In this document: positions 31,412 through 39,686 of the stretch, piece after piece
Position numbering within the stretch: the first letter of the stretch is position 1
Layout: every line of letters starts with the position of its first letter
NCBI GenBank assembly: GCA_023248495.1
Contig: JAHFEK010000001.1
Coordinates: forward strand, 49,195 to 113,194
Source of the DNA: Nitrospinales bacterium
GTDB taxonomy: Bacteria; Nitrospinota_A; UBA7883; JACRGQ01
Direction: 5' to 3'
Length of the DNA: 64,000 nt
Position numbers and translations under genes: made by a program
Notes under the pieces: generated by a model
What the model was told of the DNA's origin: nothing
The model's input: only the letters and a program-made list of their open reading frames with translations
The model's database searches: none

Positions 31412-32485
31412 CTAGCAGTTATCTAGATCGAATTCCTTCCAAATGTCAGGCCAGTCTTTTTTCAGTTTGGCCTTCCCTTGCTCGCTACAATAAAAATAGT
31501 TAGTTACATAATTGCTTTTCACAAAACAAAATGCAAATTGTGCAAGCTCAGCCTGTTGAATAAAGCTCACAAGCGTTTGGCAGAAAATAAAATCGGTTTT
31601 TTGAATACAGGCCAGAACTTGCTCAAAAGATGCACCTTTTGGGCCGGGCAATCTATTGTAGCGGTCAGAAGGGACAACGCACTCTTTGTCATCTATATAA
31701 TCTAAGGCATAAAAGTAAAACGCCATGATGCAATAGATTTCTAAGGAACTACCTCCCATGGATATTTTGATTGCATGGCGTTTTGGGAAACTTAAAGCGC
31801 AGGCCATAAAATAAGCCGCGAATTGGGTAAGTTTTACTTCTTCCTTCTTCTCGATGACTTTTGGGGCGAAAATGGCGGGTATTTTGTTATTCAAAAAAGG
31901 TGCTTCTTTGATCAATTGATGTACGGTAATTGTCTCATTGTGTTTTGCGACTCCCTGATATTCTTTGAAAAGCGCCATGTATGGTTCGCGTTGTTTTAGC
32001 TCGTCATGAGCCGATTCTGATAGAAGTATTTGGCCGCCATCCGCAAAATTCATTATTCTTTGGGCGGTATTGATTCCGGTGCCGGCAAGGTTATTATTGC
32101 CATTAATGTCGATGACCAAATTATCTTTATTTCGGGAAATTCCTATCCTGACATTAAATTTACGTTGGGTGTTTTCAGTTATAGAGTTATGTGCCATCTT
32201 TAATTCTAAAATATGCAAGGCAACTTTAACTGCTATATCGTAAGGGTGGTTAACGTTTAGGAGCGCGATGCAGATACCATCGCCGGTCGGGAAGAACAAC
32301 CGTTCAGTTTCTTTGATCTTGTTATCTTCGATGCTTTTTTTAACTATCTGATTAAGGGCGCTAATAATGTCCGTTTGAGCTTCAACGCTTCGATTATGGG
32401 TAAATCGAACAACATCCAAGAAAATGTATTCGACGTGTTCTGTTATATATTCAGTCATAAACGTAATAATATCCGCCTTATTCAT
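31412..32485 (-). CDS. Class III nucleotidyl (adenylate/guanylate-type) cyclase domain protein with an unrecognised ~150-aa C-terminal domain
   Basis: The cyclase motifs are in order: 'IFLDVVRFT' (metal Asp), 'FPTGDGICIAL' (second Asp), 'VRIGIS', 'GTGINTAQRIMNFADGGQILLSE' (Asn/Arg). The start is taken at Met40 (32485), where the AT-rich composition begins. The ORF extension to 32602 is read through a repeat. Confidence 0.7.
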   Translation of the reverse strand: MNKADIITFMTEYITEHVEYIFLDVVRFTHNRSVEAQTDIISALNQIVKKSIEDNKIKETERLFFPTGDGICIALLNVNHPYDIAVKVALHILELKMAHNSITENTQRKFNVRIGISRNKDNLVIDINGNNNLAGTGINTAQRIMNFADGGQILLSESAHDELKQREPYMALFKEYQGVAKHNETITVHQLIKEAPFLNNKIPAIFAPKVIEKKEEVKLTQFAAYFMACALSFPKRHAIKISMGGSSLEIYCIMAFYFYALDYIDDKECVVPSDRYNRLPGPKGASFEQVLACIQKTDFIFCQTLVSFIQQAELAQFAFCFVKSNYVTNYFYCSEQGKAKLKKDWPDIWKEFDLDNC

Positions 32486-32578
32486 TTTTCGCCAGTAATT
32501 TTGGTGGTGGGTGTTGGTGGCGGGCGGTGCTTGCATGAATGACGCCTCAAGATAGAAGAGAGTTTTGAAATTATTTCT

Positions 32579-32605
32579 GGGTGCCGGGTCTTGGCCCGGC
32601 ACGAC
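32579..32605. repeat. Hairpin repeat family A copy (GGGTGCCGGGTCTTGGCCCGGCACGAC)
   Basis: It has the same gccggg/cccggc stem and GGGTGC head as 2850-2875. It lies between the DUF2283 gene and the cyclase gene. Confidence 0.7.
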
Positions 32606-32623
32606 AGAAAAAGGGAATTGGCG

Positions 32624-32836
32624 TTAATCCACCACCAATTCGACGGGGAATGATTTATCAATGCCTATTGTTTTGCTGACGAACAGTTTTTCGATGCCGA
32701 TAACTTTGCCATCGCTCCGTTTTTTCAGGACGATCCCTTCGCCCGCCTCTTCGCAGGTGACTTCCAGCGCGGGGTCGCCGAACCATATGTCCATGCTGTC
32801 CGACTCCTTGTGGTAGTGCACTCTTACTTTTTCCAT
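32624..32836 (-). CDS. DUF2283-family small protein (putative antitoxin-like partner)
   Basis: This 70-aa protein reads 'VHYHKESDSMDIWFGD...GIVLKKRSDGKVIGIEKLF', which fits the DUF2283 pattern (YD.e.D.l.i.f...G.ivGiEil). Confidence 0.65.
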   Translation of the reverse strand: MEKVRVHYHKESDSMDIWFGDPALEVTCEEAGEGIVLKKRSDGKVIGIEKLFVSKTIGIDKSFPVELVVD

Positions 32837-33141
32837 ACCACATCACCTTCCTTTATCTTGTCCACGGGATAGGCCGTTATCACAAAACCGGTTATGCCCT
32901 GTTGTTTTACCACCACACAATATCGCTTGTCGAACTGCGCATAGTAAAGAAACACCTCATTGTCACTTCTGCTTTGCCTCACTTCCGTTGGGTTTGTCAG
33001 CGCCGCGCGGACAATTGCTTCCTTACCGTTCATTATAGGGTGTTTTGTTGTTATTAGGTATTGCCAATACTCCTCGGTGGTCCGAACGGTAATGCCTAAA
33101 GGGGTTTGTACAGCGAAGAGTTCATTTCCTTTTTGCATCAA
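32824..33141 (-). CDS. Hypothetical small protein, putative toxin partner (DUF4258-like context)
   Basis: This 105-aa ORF overlaps the DUF2283 gene by 13 nt. It ends in a beta-rich 'YCVVVKQQGITGFVITAYPV'. The family assignment is tentative. Confidence 0.5.
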   Translation of the reverse strand: MMQKGNELFAVQTPLGITVRTTEEYWQYLITTKHPIMNGKEAIVRAALTNPTEVRQSRSDNEVFLYYAQFDKRYCVVVKQQGITGFVITAYPVDKIKEGDVVWKK

Positions 33142-33148
33142 TGCTTCA

Positions 33149-34393
33149 TCACTCGTATCTCAACGCTTCGGCGGGGTCTTGGCGGCTGGCGTTCCACGCG
33201 GGGTAGACCGCCGAGAGGGCGCTGATGGCGAGGGCGCTGGCGGAGATCATCAGGAAGTCCATCGGATCCATCGTCACCGCCAGCGTTTTGGCGTTGTAGA
33301 TGTCCGACGGGATTTTGATGAACTGGTATTTTTGCAGCGCGATGCAAAGGCCGTAGCCGAAGATGTTGCCCGCCACGGTTCCCATCAGGCCGATTAAAAA
33401 CCCTTCGATGAAAAAGATGCGCATGATCATCCGGCGCGTGGCCCCCATCGATTTCAGGATGGCGATGTCGCGCCCTTTTTCCATCACCACCATTATCATG
33501 GTGCTAACGATGTTGAACGCGGCCACCAGGACGATGAGCACGAGGATGATGAATATGGCGATTTTTTCCATCTTCAGCGCATAGAAAAGGTTTTGGTTCA
33601 TCTCCATCCAGTCGCGCGCGTAATAGGGGAGGCCCAGGCTTTTTTCCAGTTGGCGGGCGATGTCGGCGGCGGCGTAGATGTCGTCCACTTTCACCTCCAC
33701 GCCCGATACGCGATCCGGCATGTTCATGAATTCCTGCGCGGCGGTCAGCGATACCACCACCATGCCGCTGTCGTACTGGTACATGCCGGAGTGGAACAGC
33801 CCCGCCACATGGAACTTTTCTATTCTCGGCACCATGCCCATCGGTGTCATATGTCCTTTGGGGCTGACGAGGTTCACCGCGTCGCCCGGCAAAACGCCGA
33901 GGGTGTGGGCCAGCGCGTCTCCCAGTATCACGCCGTTGCGGGTGAATTCGCCGTCCTTGTATTGGGTGATGAGCGCGGTTTTCATATCTCCGTCCCGCAT
34001 GTAACGGCGCAGGTCGGTCACTTCCGCCTCCGCCGCGGGATCGACGCCGCGCAGCACCGCCCCCGCCGACCGGGTGTCGGAAGAGACCAGCATCTCGCCG
34101 TAGATATACGGCGCGGCGGCTTTCACGCGGGGATTTTCCAACACCTTTTTGACCACCGATGCGTGATCCTTTACGTTCGATTCGAATGAGTTGAGGATGA
34201 CGATGTGGGAGTAGGTGCCGAGGATTTTATCGCGCAGTTCGTTCTGCATGCCGGTCATGACGGAGATGACGACGATGAGCGCCATCACACCCACGGCGAT
34301 GCCGCCGACCGATATCCAGGTGATGAGGGAGATAAAGGCCTGCCGCCGCTTCGCCTTGAGGTAGCGCAGGCTCATGAAAAGTTCAAACATCAT
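33149..34393 (-). CDS. lolE: Lipoprotein-releasing system permease (LolC/LolE, FtsX/MacB family)
   Basis: The N-terminus 'FELFMSLRYLKAKRRQAFISLITWISVGGIAVGVMALIVV' is followed by a periplasmic domain and a C-terminal FtsX 3-TM block. Confidence 0.85.
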   Translation of the reverse strand: MMFELFMSLRYLKAKRRQAFISLITWISVGGIAVGVMALIVVISVMTGMQNELRDKILGTYSHIVILNSFESNVKDHASVVKKVLENPRVKAAAPYIYGEMLVSSDTRSAGAVLRGVDPAAEAEVTDLRRYMRDGDMKTALITQYKDGEFTRNGVILGDALAHTLGVLPGDAVNLVSPKGHMTPMGMVPRIEKFHVAGLFHSGMYQYDSGMVVVSLTAAQEFMNMPDRVSGVEVKVDDIYAAADIARQLEKSLGLPYYARDWMEMNQNLFYALKMEKIAIFIILVLIVLVAAFNIVSTMIMVVMEKGRDIAILKSMGATRRMIMRIFFIEGFLIGLMGTVAGNIFGYGLCIALQKYQFIKIPSDIYNAKTLAVTMDPMDFLMISASALAISALSAVYPAWNASRQDPAEALRYE

Positions 34394-34473
34394 ATCGCGC
34401 CATCATACCGCAAGGGGGGGCGGGGGGGAAATGGGGGCAAGGGATTTTCCATCGCTCCGCGTCTCAGAATGAC

Positions 34474-34508
34474 AAAAAAGGCGGGCGCACCGGGAAGATG
34501 CGCCCGCC
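34474..34508 (-). terminator. Rho-independent terminator after argG
   Basis: On the minus strand, ggcgggcgc-atcttcccggt-gcgcccgcc is followed by TTTTTT. Confidence 0.6.
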
Positions 34509-34516
34509 GTGCCGGA

Positions 34517-35710
34517 TTACTTGCGGATGGCGTTGCGGATTTTTAGCCGCAGCGCGTTAAGCCGGATAAAGCCGGTGGCATCGGAGTGCTGGTAGGTGCC
34601 GCCCGCTTCGAAGGTGGCGACCTTTTCCGCGTAGAGCGAGTTGCGGCTCTTGCGCCCCATCACGGTGACGTTGCCTTTGTAGAGTTTCAGCCGCACGACC
34701 CCGTTGACCACGCTGGCCGCGTCGTCGAACAGGCGCTGGAGCATTTCGCGTTCCGGGCTGAACCAGAAGCCGAAGTAGATCATCCGCGCGTACCGCGGCA
34801 TCAGTTCGCGCCGTATGGCGCCGATTTCCGCGTCCTGCGTGATGGCGGCCAGCGCCACCCGCGCTTCATGGAGTATCGTGCCGCCCGGGGTTTCATACAC
34901 GCCGCGGCTTTTCATGCCGGTGACGCGGTTTTCCACCACGTCGGCGCGGCCCACGCCGTTCTTGCCGCCGATGGCGTTGAGCCGGTCGATGATCTGGTAG
35001 GGGGAATATTTTTCGCCGTCGATGCTCACCGGATTGCCGTTTTTAAAACCGATCTCGATATAGGTTGGCTTGTTAGGCGCTTTTTCGGGGCTTACCGTCA
35101 GCAGGAACATATCTTCTTTATAAGCGTTCCACGGGTCTTCCAGCACGCCCCCTTCGTAGGAGATGTGGAAGAGATTGCGGTCGCTGCTGTACGGTTTCTT
35201 CGCGGTGACCGGCACCGGGATGCCGTGTTTTTTGGCGTAGGCCAGCAGCTCGGTGCGCGAGCTCAAATTCCATTCGCGCCACGGGGCCACCACTTTCAGT
35301 TGCGGGGCCAGCGCGGCGTAGGTGAGCTCGAAGCGTACCTGATCGTTTCCCTTGCCGGTCGCGCCGTGGGCCACGGCGTCCGCTTTTTCCTTCAGGGCGA
35401 TGCGCACCTGTTCTTTGGCGATGAGCGGGCGGGCGATGGAGGTGCCGAGGAGATAGCGCTCTTCGTAAATCGCCCCGGCGCGCAGCATCGGGAAGATGAA
35501 GTCTTTGGCGAATTCCTCGCGCAGGTCGCTGATGAGGCACTTCAGCGCGCCGGTGCGCTTGGCCTTGGCGGGTACGCCCCCCAGCTCTTCTTTTTGGCCG
35601 ATGTCGGCGGCGAACGCCACCACATCGTAGCCGCGCTCTTCCTTGAGCCATTTCAGGATGACGGAGGTATCAAGCCCCCCGGAATAGGCGAGAACAACTT
35701 TTTCAGCCAT
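34517..35710 (-). CDS. argG: Argininosuccinate synthase
   Basis: It carries '[14 protein letters not shown]', '[15 protein letters not shown]' and '[15 protein letters not shown]'. Confidence 0.95.
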   Translation of the reverse strand: MAEKVVLAYSGGLDTSVILKWLKEERGYDVVAFAADIGQKEELGGVPAKAKRTGALKCLISDLREEFAKDFIFPMLRAGAIYEERYLLGTSIARPLIAKEQVRIALKEKADAVAHGATGKGNDQVRFELTYAALAPQLKVVAPWREWNLSSRTELLAYAKKHGIPVPVTAKKPYSSDRNLFHISYEGGVLEDPWNAYKEDMFLLTVSPEKAPNKPTYIEIGFKNGNPVSIDGEKYSPYQIIDRLNAIGGKNGVGRADVVENRVTGMKSRGVYETPGGTILHEARVALAAITQDAEIGAIRRELMPRYARMIYFGFWFSPEREMLQRLFDDAASVVNGVVRLKLYKGNVTVMGRKSRNSLYAEKVATFEAGGTYQHSDATGFIRLNALRLKIRNAIRK

Positions 35711-35713
35711 CGG

Positions 35714-36631
35714 TCATGTATCTCCCACAAATAGTTTGAGCACCGCTTTTTGGGCGTGCAGTTTGTATTCGGCCTGGTCGAACACCACCGATTGCGGTCC
35801 GTCGATCACGCCGGCGGCGATCTCTTCGCCCCGGTGGGCCGGCAGGCAGTGCATCACGATGCAGCCGGGCGCGGCCTTTTTGAGCAACGCCCCGTCGATG
35901 ATGTAGCCCGCGAAATCCTTGCGGCGTTTTTTTGTTTCGGCCTCCTGCCCCATGCTCACCCACACGTCGGTATAGAGGGCGTCGGCGTTTTTGGCCGCTT
36001 CGGCGGGCTTGCCGGTCAGCGTCAGTTTCGCGCCGGTTTTTTTTGCGATGGCCAGCGCGGTCTTCCAGACATCTTGCGCGGGGCGGTAATCTTCCGGCGT
36101 TGCCACCGTCACCGAAACGCCCAGCATCGCGCCGCCCATTATGAGCGAATGCGCCACGTTGTTGCCGTCGCCGATGTAGGCCATGGTCAGTCCCTTGAGC
36201 GTTTTTTTATGGCCCAGCAGCGTGGCGTAATCGGCGATGGCCTGGCAGGGATGGTACTTGTCGGTGAGCGCGTTGATGACCGGGATGCTGGCGTATTGGG
36301 CCAGCGCCTCCACGTCGTCTTGCGAGAAGGTGCGCACCACCAGCCCGTCGAGGTAGCGGCTCATCACCTTGGCGGTGTCGTGCAGCGTTTCGCCGCGGGT
36401 GAGCTGTATCTCATCCGGGCGGAGGTTCACCACTTGCCCGCCGAGCTGGTACATGCCCGCCTCAAAGGCGGTGCGGGTGCGGGTGGAGCTTTTGGTGAAA
36501 ATCAGCCCGATGGTTTTTCCCGCCAGCGGCTTTTTGCCGTCCGGCTTTTTTTTCATTTTCACCGCTTCGTTCACCAGATGGCGCACGGTTTCCGGGGTAT
36601 GGTCGGAAAGTTTCAGGAAGTCTTTGTGCAC
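35714..36631 (-). CDS. argF: Ornithine carbamoyltransferase
   Basis: It carries 'FTKSSTRTR', 'HPCQ', 'GDGNNVAHS' and 'HCLPA'. Confidence 0.9.
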   Translation of the reverse strand: MHKDFLKLSDHTPETVRHLVNEAVKMKKKPDGKKPLAGKTIGLIFTKSSTRTRTAFEAGMYQLGGQVVNLRPDEIQLTRGETLHDTAKVMSRYLDGLVVRTFSQDDVEALAQYASIPVINALTDKYHPCQAIADYATLLGHKKTLKGLTMAYIGDGNNVAHSLIMGGAMLGVSVTVATPEDYRPAQDVWKTALAIAKKTGAKLTLTGKPAEAAKNADALYTDVWVSMGQEAETKKRRKDFAGYIIDGALLKKAAPGCIVMHCLPAHRGEEIAAGVIDGPQSVVFDQAEYKLHAQKAVLKLFVGDT

Positions 36632-37803
36632 AGCGTTTCCCCCAAAATCCGGACGGCCTTGTCCATTTCCTTTTGCGTCACGTTCAGCGCGGGAACCATC
36701 CGCAGCACGTTGTCGCCCGCGCCTATGATGAGCAACCCTTTGGCCCGGCAGGCGGCAATGACGGGGGCGGCGGGTTGATCCAGCTCGATGCCGATCATCA
36801 GCCCCATGCCGCGCACTTCCCGTATTGCGGGGGCGATGGTTTTAAGCTGGTTCAGCCGCTTGAAGACGTGGCGGCTTGTTTTGGCGACGTGCGCGAGCAG
36901 CTTCTTTTCTTTGATGGAATCCAGCACCGCCAGCGCCGCCGTGCAGGCCAGCGGGTTGCCGCCGAAGGTGGATGCGTGCGTGCCGGGGCCGAAGTGGGCC
37001 ATGATATCCGGCTTGGCCAGCATCGCGCCGATGGGGAAGCCGCCGCCCAAGCCTTTGGCCAGCGTCATGATGTCCGGCGTTACGCCGAAGTGCTGGTAGC
37101 CGAACCACTTGCCGGTGCGGCCAAAACCGGTCTGCACTTCATCGAAAATGAGCAGGATGCCTTCTTTATCGCAAAGCTGCCGCACCTGTTTCACGAAGGT
37201 TGTGCCGGCCAGCCGCACGCCCCCTTCGCCTTGCAGCACTTCCATGATGATGGCGGCGGTCCGCGGTGTGACGGCTTTTTCAAGCGCGGCGAAATCGTTG
37301 TAGGGCACGTGGCTGAATCCCGGCACCAGCGGCGCAAAGCCGTTTTGGTATTTTGTTTGCCCGGTGGCGGAGAGCGCGCCGAACGTCCGGCCGTGGAACG
37401 AACCGAGCATCGAGATGAATTCGAACCGCCCGGTCTGCTTGTCGTGGTGGTATTTCCGCGCCAGCTTGAGGGCCGATTCCACCGCCTCCGCGCCGCTGTT
37501 CACGAAGAGCGCCTGCGACGGGAACGCCAGCTTCGTCAGTTCGCGCGCCAACAGGCCCTGCGGCAGCGTGTAGTAGAGGTTGCTGGTGTGCATCAGCTTG
37601 GCGGCCTGCTTCAGCGCCTTCACCACCGCCTGCGGCGCGTGGCCGATGGCGTTCACGGCGATGCCCGCCGCCATGTCGAGGTATTTTTTTCCTTCGGAGT
37701 CGATCACCTCGGAGCCTTTGCCCGAAAGTATCGCCAGCGGCACCCGCCCGTAGTTGGGGGCCACATGTTTTTTGTACAGCGCCAGTATCTCTTTTGTTTT
37801 CAC
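36613..37803 (-). CDS. argD: Acetylornithine aminotransferase (class III PLP aminotransferase)
   Basis: It carries 'NSGAEAVESALKLARKY', 'DEVQTGFGRTGKWF' and 'LAKGLGGGFPIGA'. It overlaps argF by 19 nt. Confidence 0.9.
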   Translation of the reverse strand: MKTKEILALYKKHVAPNYGRVPLAILSGKGSEVIDSEGKKYLDMAAGIAVNAIGHAPQAVVKALKQAAKLMHTSNLYYTLPQGLLARELTKLAFPSQALFVNSGAEAVESALKLARKYHHDKQTGRFEFISMLGSFHGRTFGALSATGQTKYQNGFAPLVPGFSHVPYNDFAALEKAVTPRTAAIIMEVLQGEGGVRLAGTTFVKQVRQLCDKEGILLIFDEVQTGFGRTGKWFGYQHFGVTPDIMTLAKGLGGGFPIGAMLAKPDIMAHFGPGTHASTFGGNPLACTAALAVLDSIKEKKLLAHVAKTSRHVFKRLNQLKTIAPAIREVRGMGLMIGIELDQPAAPVIAACRAKGLLIIGAGDNVLRMVPALNVTQKEMDKAVRILGETLCTKTS

Positions 37804-37884
37804 GCGTAAATCCTATACCAAAACCGTTGGCGGTGGTGGGTTAATTTCATTGTCGTTTTGAAAAAAGGGGATGCGCCCGGCTTA

Positions 37885-38325
37885 TTAGGCCAAGCGGGCG
37901 TGTTCTATTTTTATGCAGAGGTTCTGCACCACGTCGATGCCGGCGTCTTTTATCTTTCGCGCGGCCTCGTTGTTTACCACGCCCAGTTGGAACCAGACGG
38001 ATTTGGGGCGGAGTTTCAGTGCGGCGATCTCATCCGCCAGTCCCGGCAGGGCGGATGGATTGCGGAACACGTCCACCACGTCGACGGCGAAGGGGATGTC
38101 GGCCAGCGATGCGTAGCACTTCTCCCCCAGAATTTCGTCCGCTTGCGGATTCACCGGGATGATGGTGTAGCCGTTGTTTTTAAGGTACGCCGCCACGCGG
38201 TAACTGTCGCGGTCTTCTTTTTTGGAGATGCCCACCACCGCCACGGTTTTGTATTGCGTGATGATTTTCTTGACCAGCGCGGCGTCCGGGGGAAACGCGG
38301 GGCGTTCACAAGCGCCGTGTTCCAT
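37885..38325 (-). CDS. CoA-binding domain protein (YccU/YneT family)
   Basis: It carries 'TVAVVGISKKEDRDSYRVAAYLKNNGYTIIPVNP' and 'VWFQLG'. Confidence 0.8.
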   Translation of the reverse strand: MEHGACERPAFPPDAALVKKIITQYKTVAVVGISKKEDRDSYRVAAYLKNNGYTIIPVNPQADEILGEKCYASLADIPFAVDVVDVFRNPSALPGLADEIAALKLRPKSVWFQLGVVNNEAARKIKDAGIDVVQNLCIKIEHARLA

Positions 38326-38327
38326 GC

Positions 38328-38636
38328 TTACTTCCCTTTCTTTTCCAAGGCGGCGATTTCGTGTTTGATGCTTTGCCGCACTTTTTTGGCCATCGATTTG
38401 GGCATGCGGGGGGTGCTCACCCTGAAAATCTCGATGGTTTTTTTCAGGGTGTTCAGCACCGCCATGCAGGCTTTGCAGTTGGCGAGGTGACTCTCAAGGC
38501 TTTTTTTGCCGGTTCCTTTGAGATCGTTATCCACATACTCCGACATCCCGGTAAGGGTCTTTTTGCAGTTTTCCTTGTTCCCGTGATGGTGGTGCCCCCC
38601 GTTTTTGGCCATGTCCGTTCTTTCCCTGTATTTCAA
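38328..38636 (-). CDS. zf-HC2 domain protein (putative anti-sigma factor)
   Basis: 'C...LTGMSEYVDNDL......LESHLANCKACMAVL' fits the zf-HC2 pattern. No adjacent sigma factor gene is present. Confidence 0.55.
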   Translation of the reverse strand: MKYRERTDMAKNGGHHHHGNKENCKKTLTGMSEYVDNDLKGTGKKSLESHLANCKACMAVLNTLKKTIEIFRVSTPRMPKSMAKKVRQSIKHEIAALEKKGK

Positions 38637-38860
38637 CGCGGTATTTCGTCCAGCATCGATTCCAGCCGGTCTTTAATGTCGAGCTTCTGTTTTTTCAGAA
38701 TGTGCAGTTTGTTTTCCATTTCGGGGCCGAGGTAGATGGCCTTTTTCAGCTTCTCGACCTCGCGCTTGATTTCCTTGTGTTCATTCGTCAGTTGCCGGAA
38801 TGCGCTGTTGTGTTCGTACAGGTGCGCGAAGCGGGAGTCTTGTTCGAGAGAGCTCAGCAT
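38633..38860 (-). CDS. DUF465 (YdcH-like) small coiled-coil protein
   Basis: This 75-aa protein reads 'FAHLYEHNSAFRQLTNEHKEIKREVEKL...LKKQKLDIKDRL'. Confidence 0.6.
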   Translation of the reverse strand: MLSSLEQDSRFAHLYEHNSAFRQLTNEHKEIKREVEKLKKAIYLGPEMENKLHILKKQKLDIKDRLESMLDEIPR

Positions 38861-38863
38861 GAT

Positions 38864-39499
38864 TCATCCCTCCGGTAAAGAATTGAGGTTTTTTTCCGCG
38901 GCGCTTTGCTGGACGTAATTGGGCACGGCCCGCAATGTTTCCATCGCCGCGCCCGCCGTCAGCAATTCGCCGGCGCGCAACGCCGCGCCAGCGGCCACGG
39001 AAACGTTTAACGCCGTTGCATCGGGCCAGCCGTCGCCCACGCGCGGGCCGGTTTCGCGGGCGAGCGCCGCCCGCGGGGAAAATGCGTCCGGGGTAATGCG
39101 CGTGATGCCATCGCCGCCGGCGTCGAATAGCGCGTGATATACGTTGCCGCCGCTGGCGTCCAGCGCCACCGCGATCCGCCCCCGGGCTGGCGCGGCGCGG
39201 GCGGCGGCTTCCAGCGAACTGACGCCCGCCACCGGCACGCCGGTCGCCAGGGAAATGCCCCCCGCGGTGGCCAATCCGATACGGATGCCAGTGAAGGAGC
39301 CGGGCCCGGCGGCCACGGCGATGGCGTCGAGATTTTCCACGGCAAACCCATGCCGGGCCAGAAGGGTTTCAATCATGCCGAGCAGTTGGCGCGAGAATGA
39401 TGCGGCGGCATCGGATGCTATTTCCCCCACCACGGTTTTGCCGTCGACAATCGCCACGCTTCCCCCGCGCGAAGAGGTATCCACACCCAATATCCTCAT
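38864..39499 (-). CDS. tsaB: tRNA threonylcarbamoyladenosine biosynthesis protein TsaB
   Basis: It carries 'MRILGVDTSSRGGSVAIV' and 'IAVAAGPGSFTGIRIGLA'. The start is taken at Met15 of the ORF. Confidence 0.8.
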   Translation of the reverse strand: MRILGVDTSSRGGSVAIVDGKTVVGEIASDAAASFSRQLLGMIETLLARHGFAVENLDAIAVAAGPGSFTGIRIGLATAGGISLATGVPVAGVSSLEAAARAAPARGRIAVALDASGGNVYHALFDAGGDGITRITPDAFSPRAALARETGPRVGDGWPDATALNVSVAAGAALRAGELLTAGAAMETLRAVPNYVQQSAAEKNLNSLPEG

Positions 39500-39686
39500 C
39501 AGCCGGATTTTACCATACGAACGGCAAACTGTGTGGGGCAAGGTTTGGGCTGCAACGTATTATATACCCGCCCACTGTTTACCGTATTTGCGGAGATGGT
39601 AAGGGTGGCTCTAACGGGCCAGCAATAAGGCACCAACAACTCTGCAGTGCGGTCGTTCCCGTGACGTGTTTATTCGGAAGTTGCGC

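Noticed and set aside
32486-32602. First 39 codons of the 396-aa cyclase ORF ('MPGQDPAPRNNFKTLF...').
   Set aside because: This stretch is read through the family A hairpin repeat (the 'PGQ' peptide is the repeat translated) and lies in high-GC sequence outside the AT-rich cassette. Met40 (32485) or Met23 (32536) is the more likely start.
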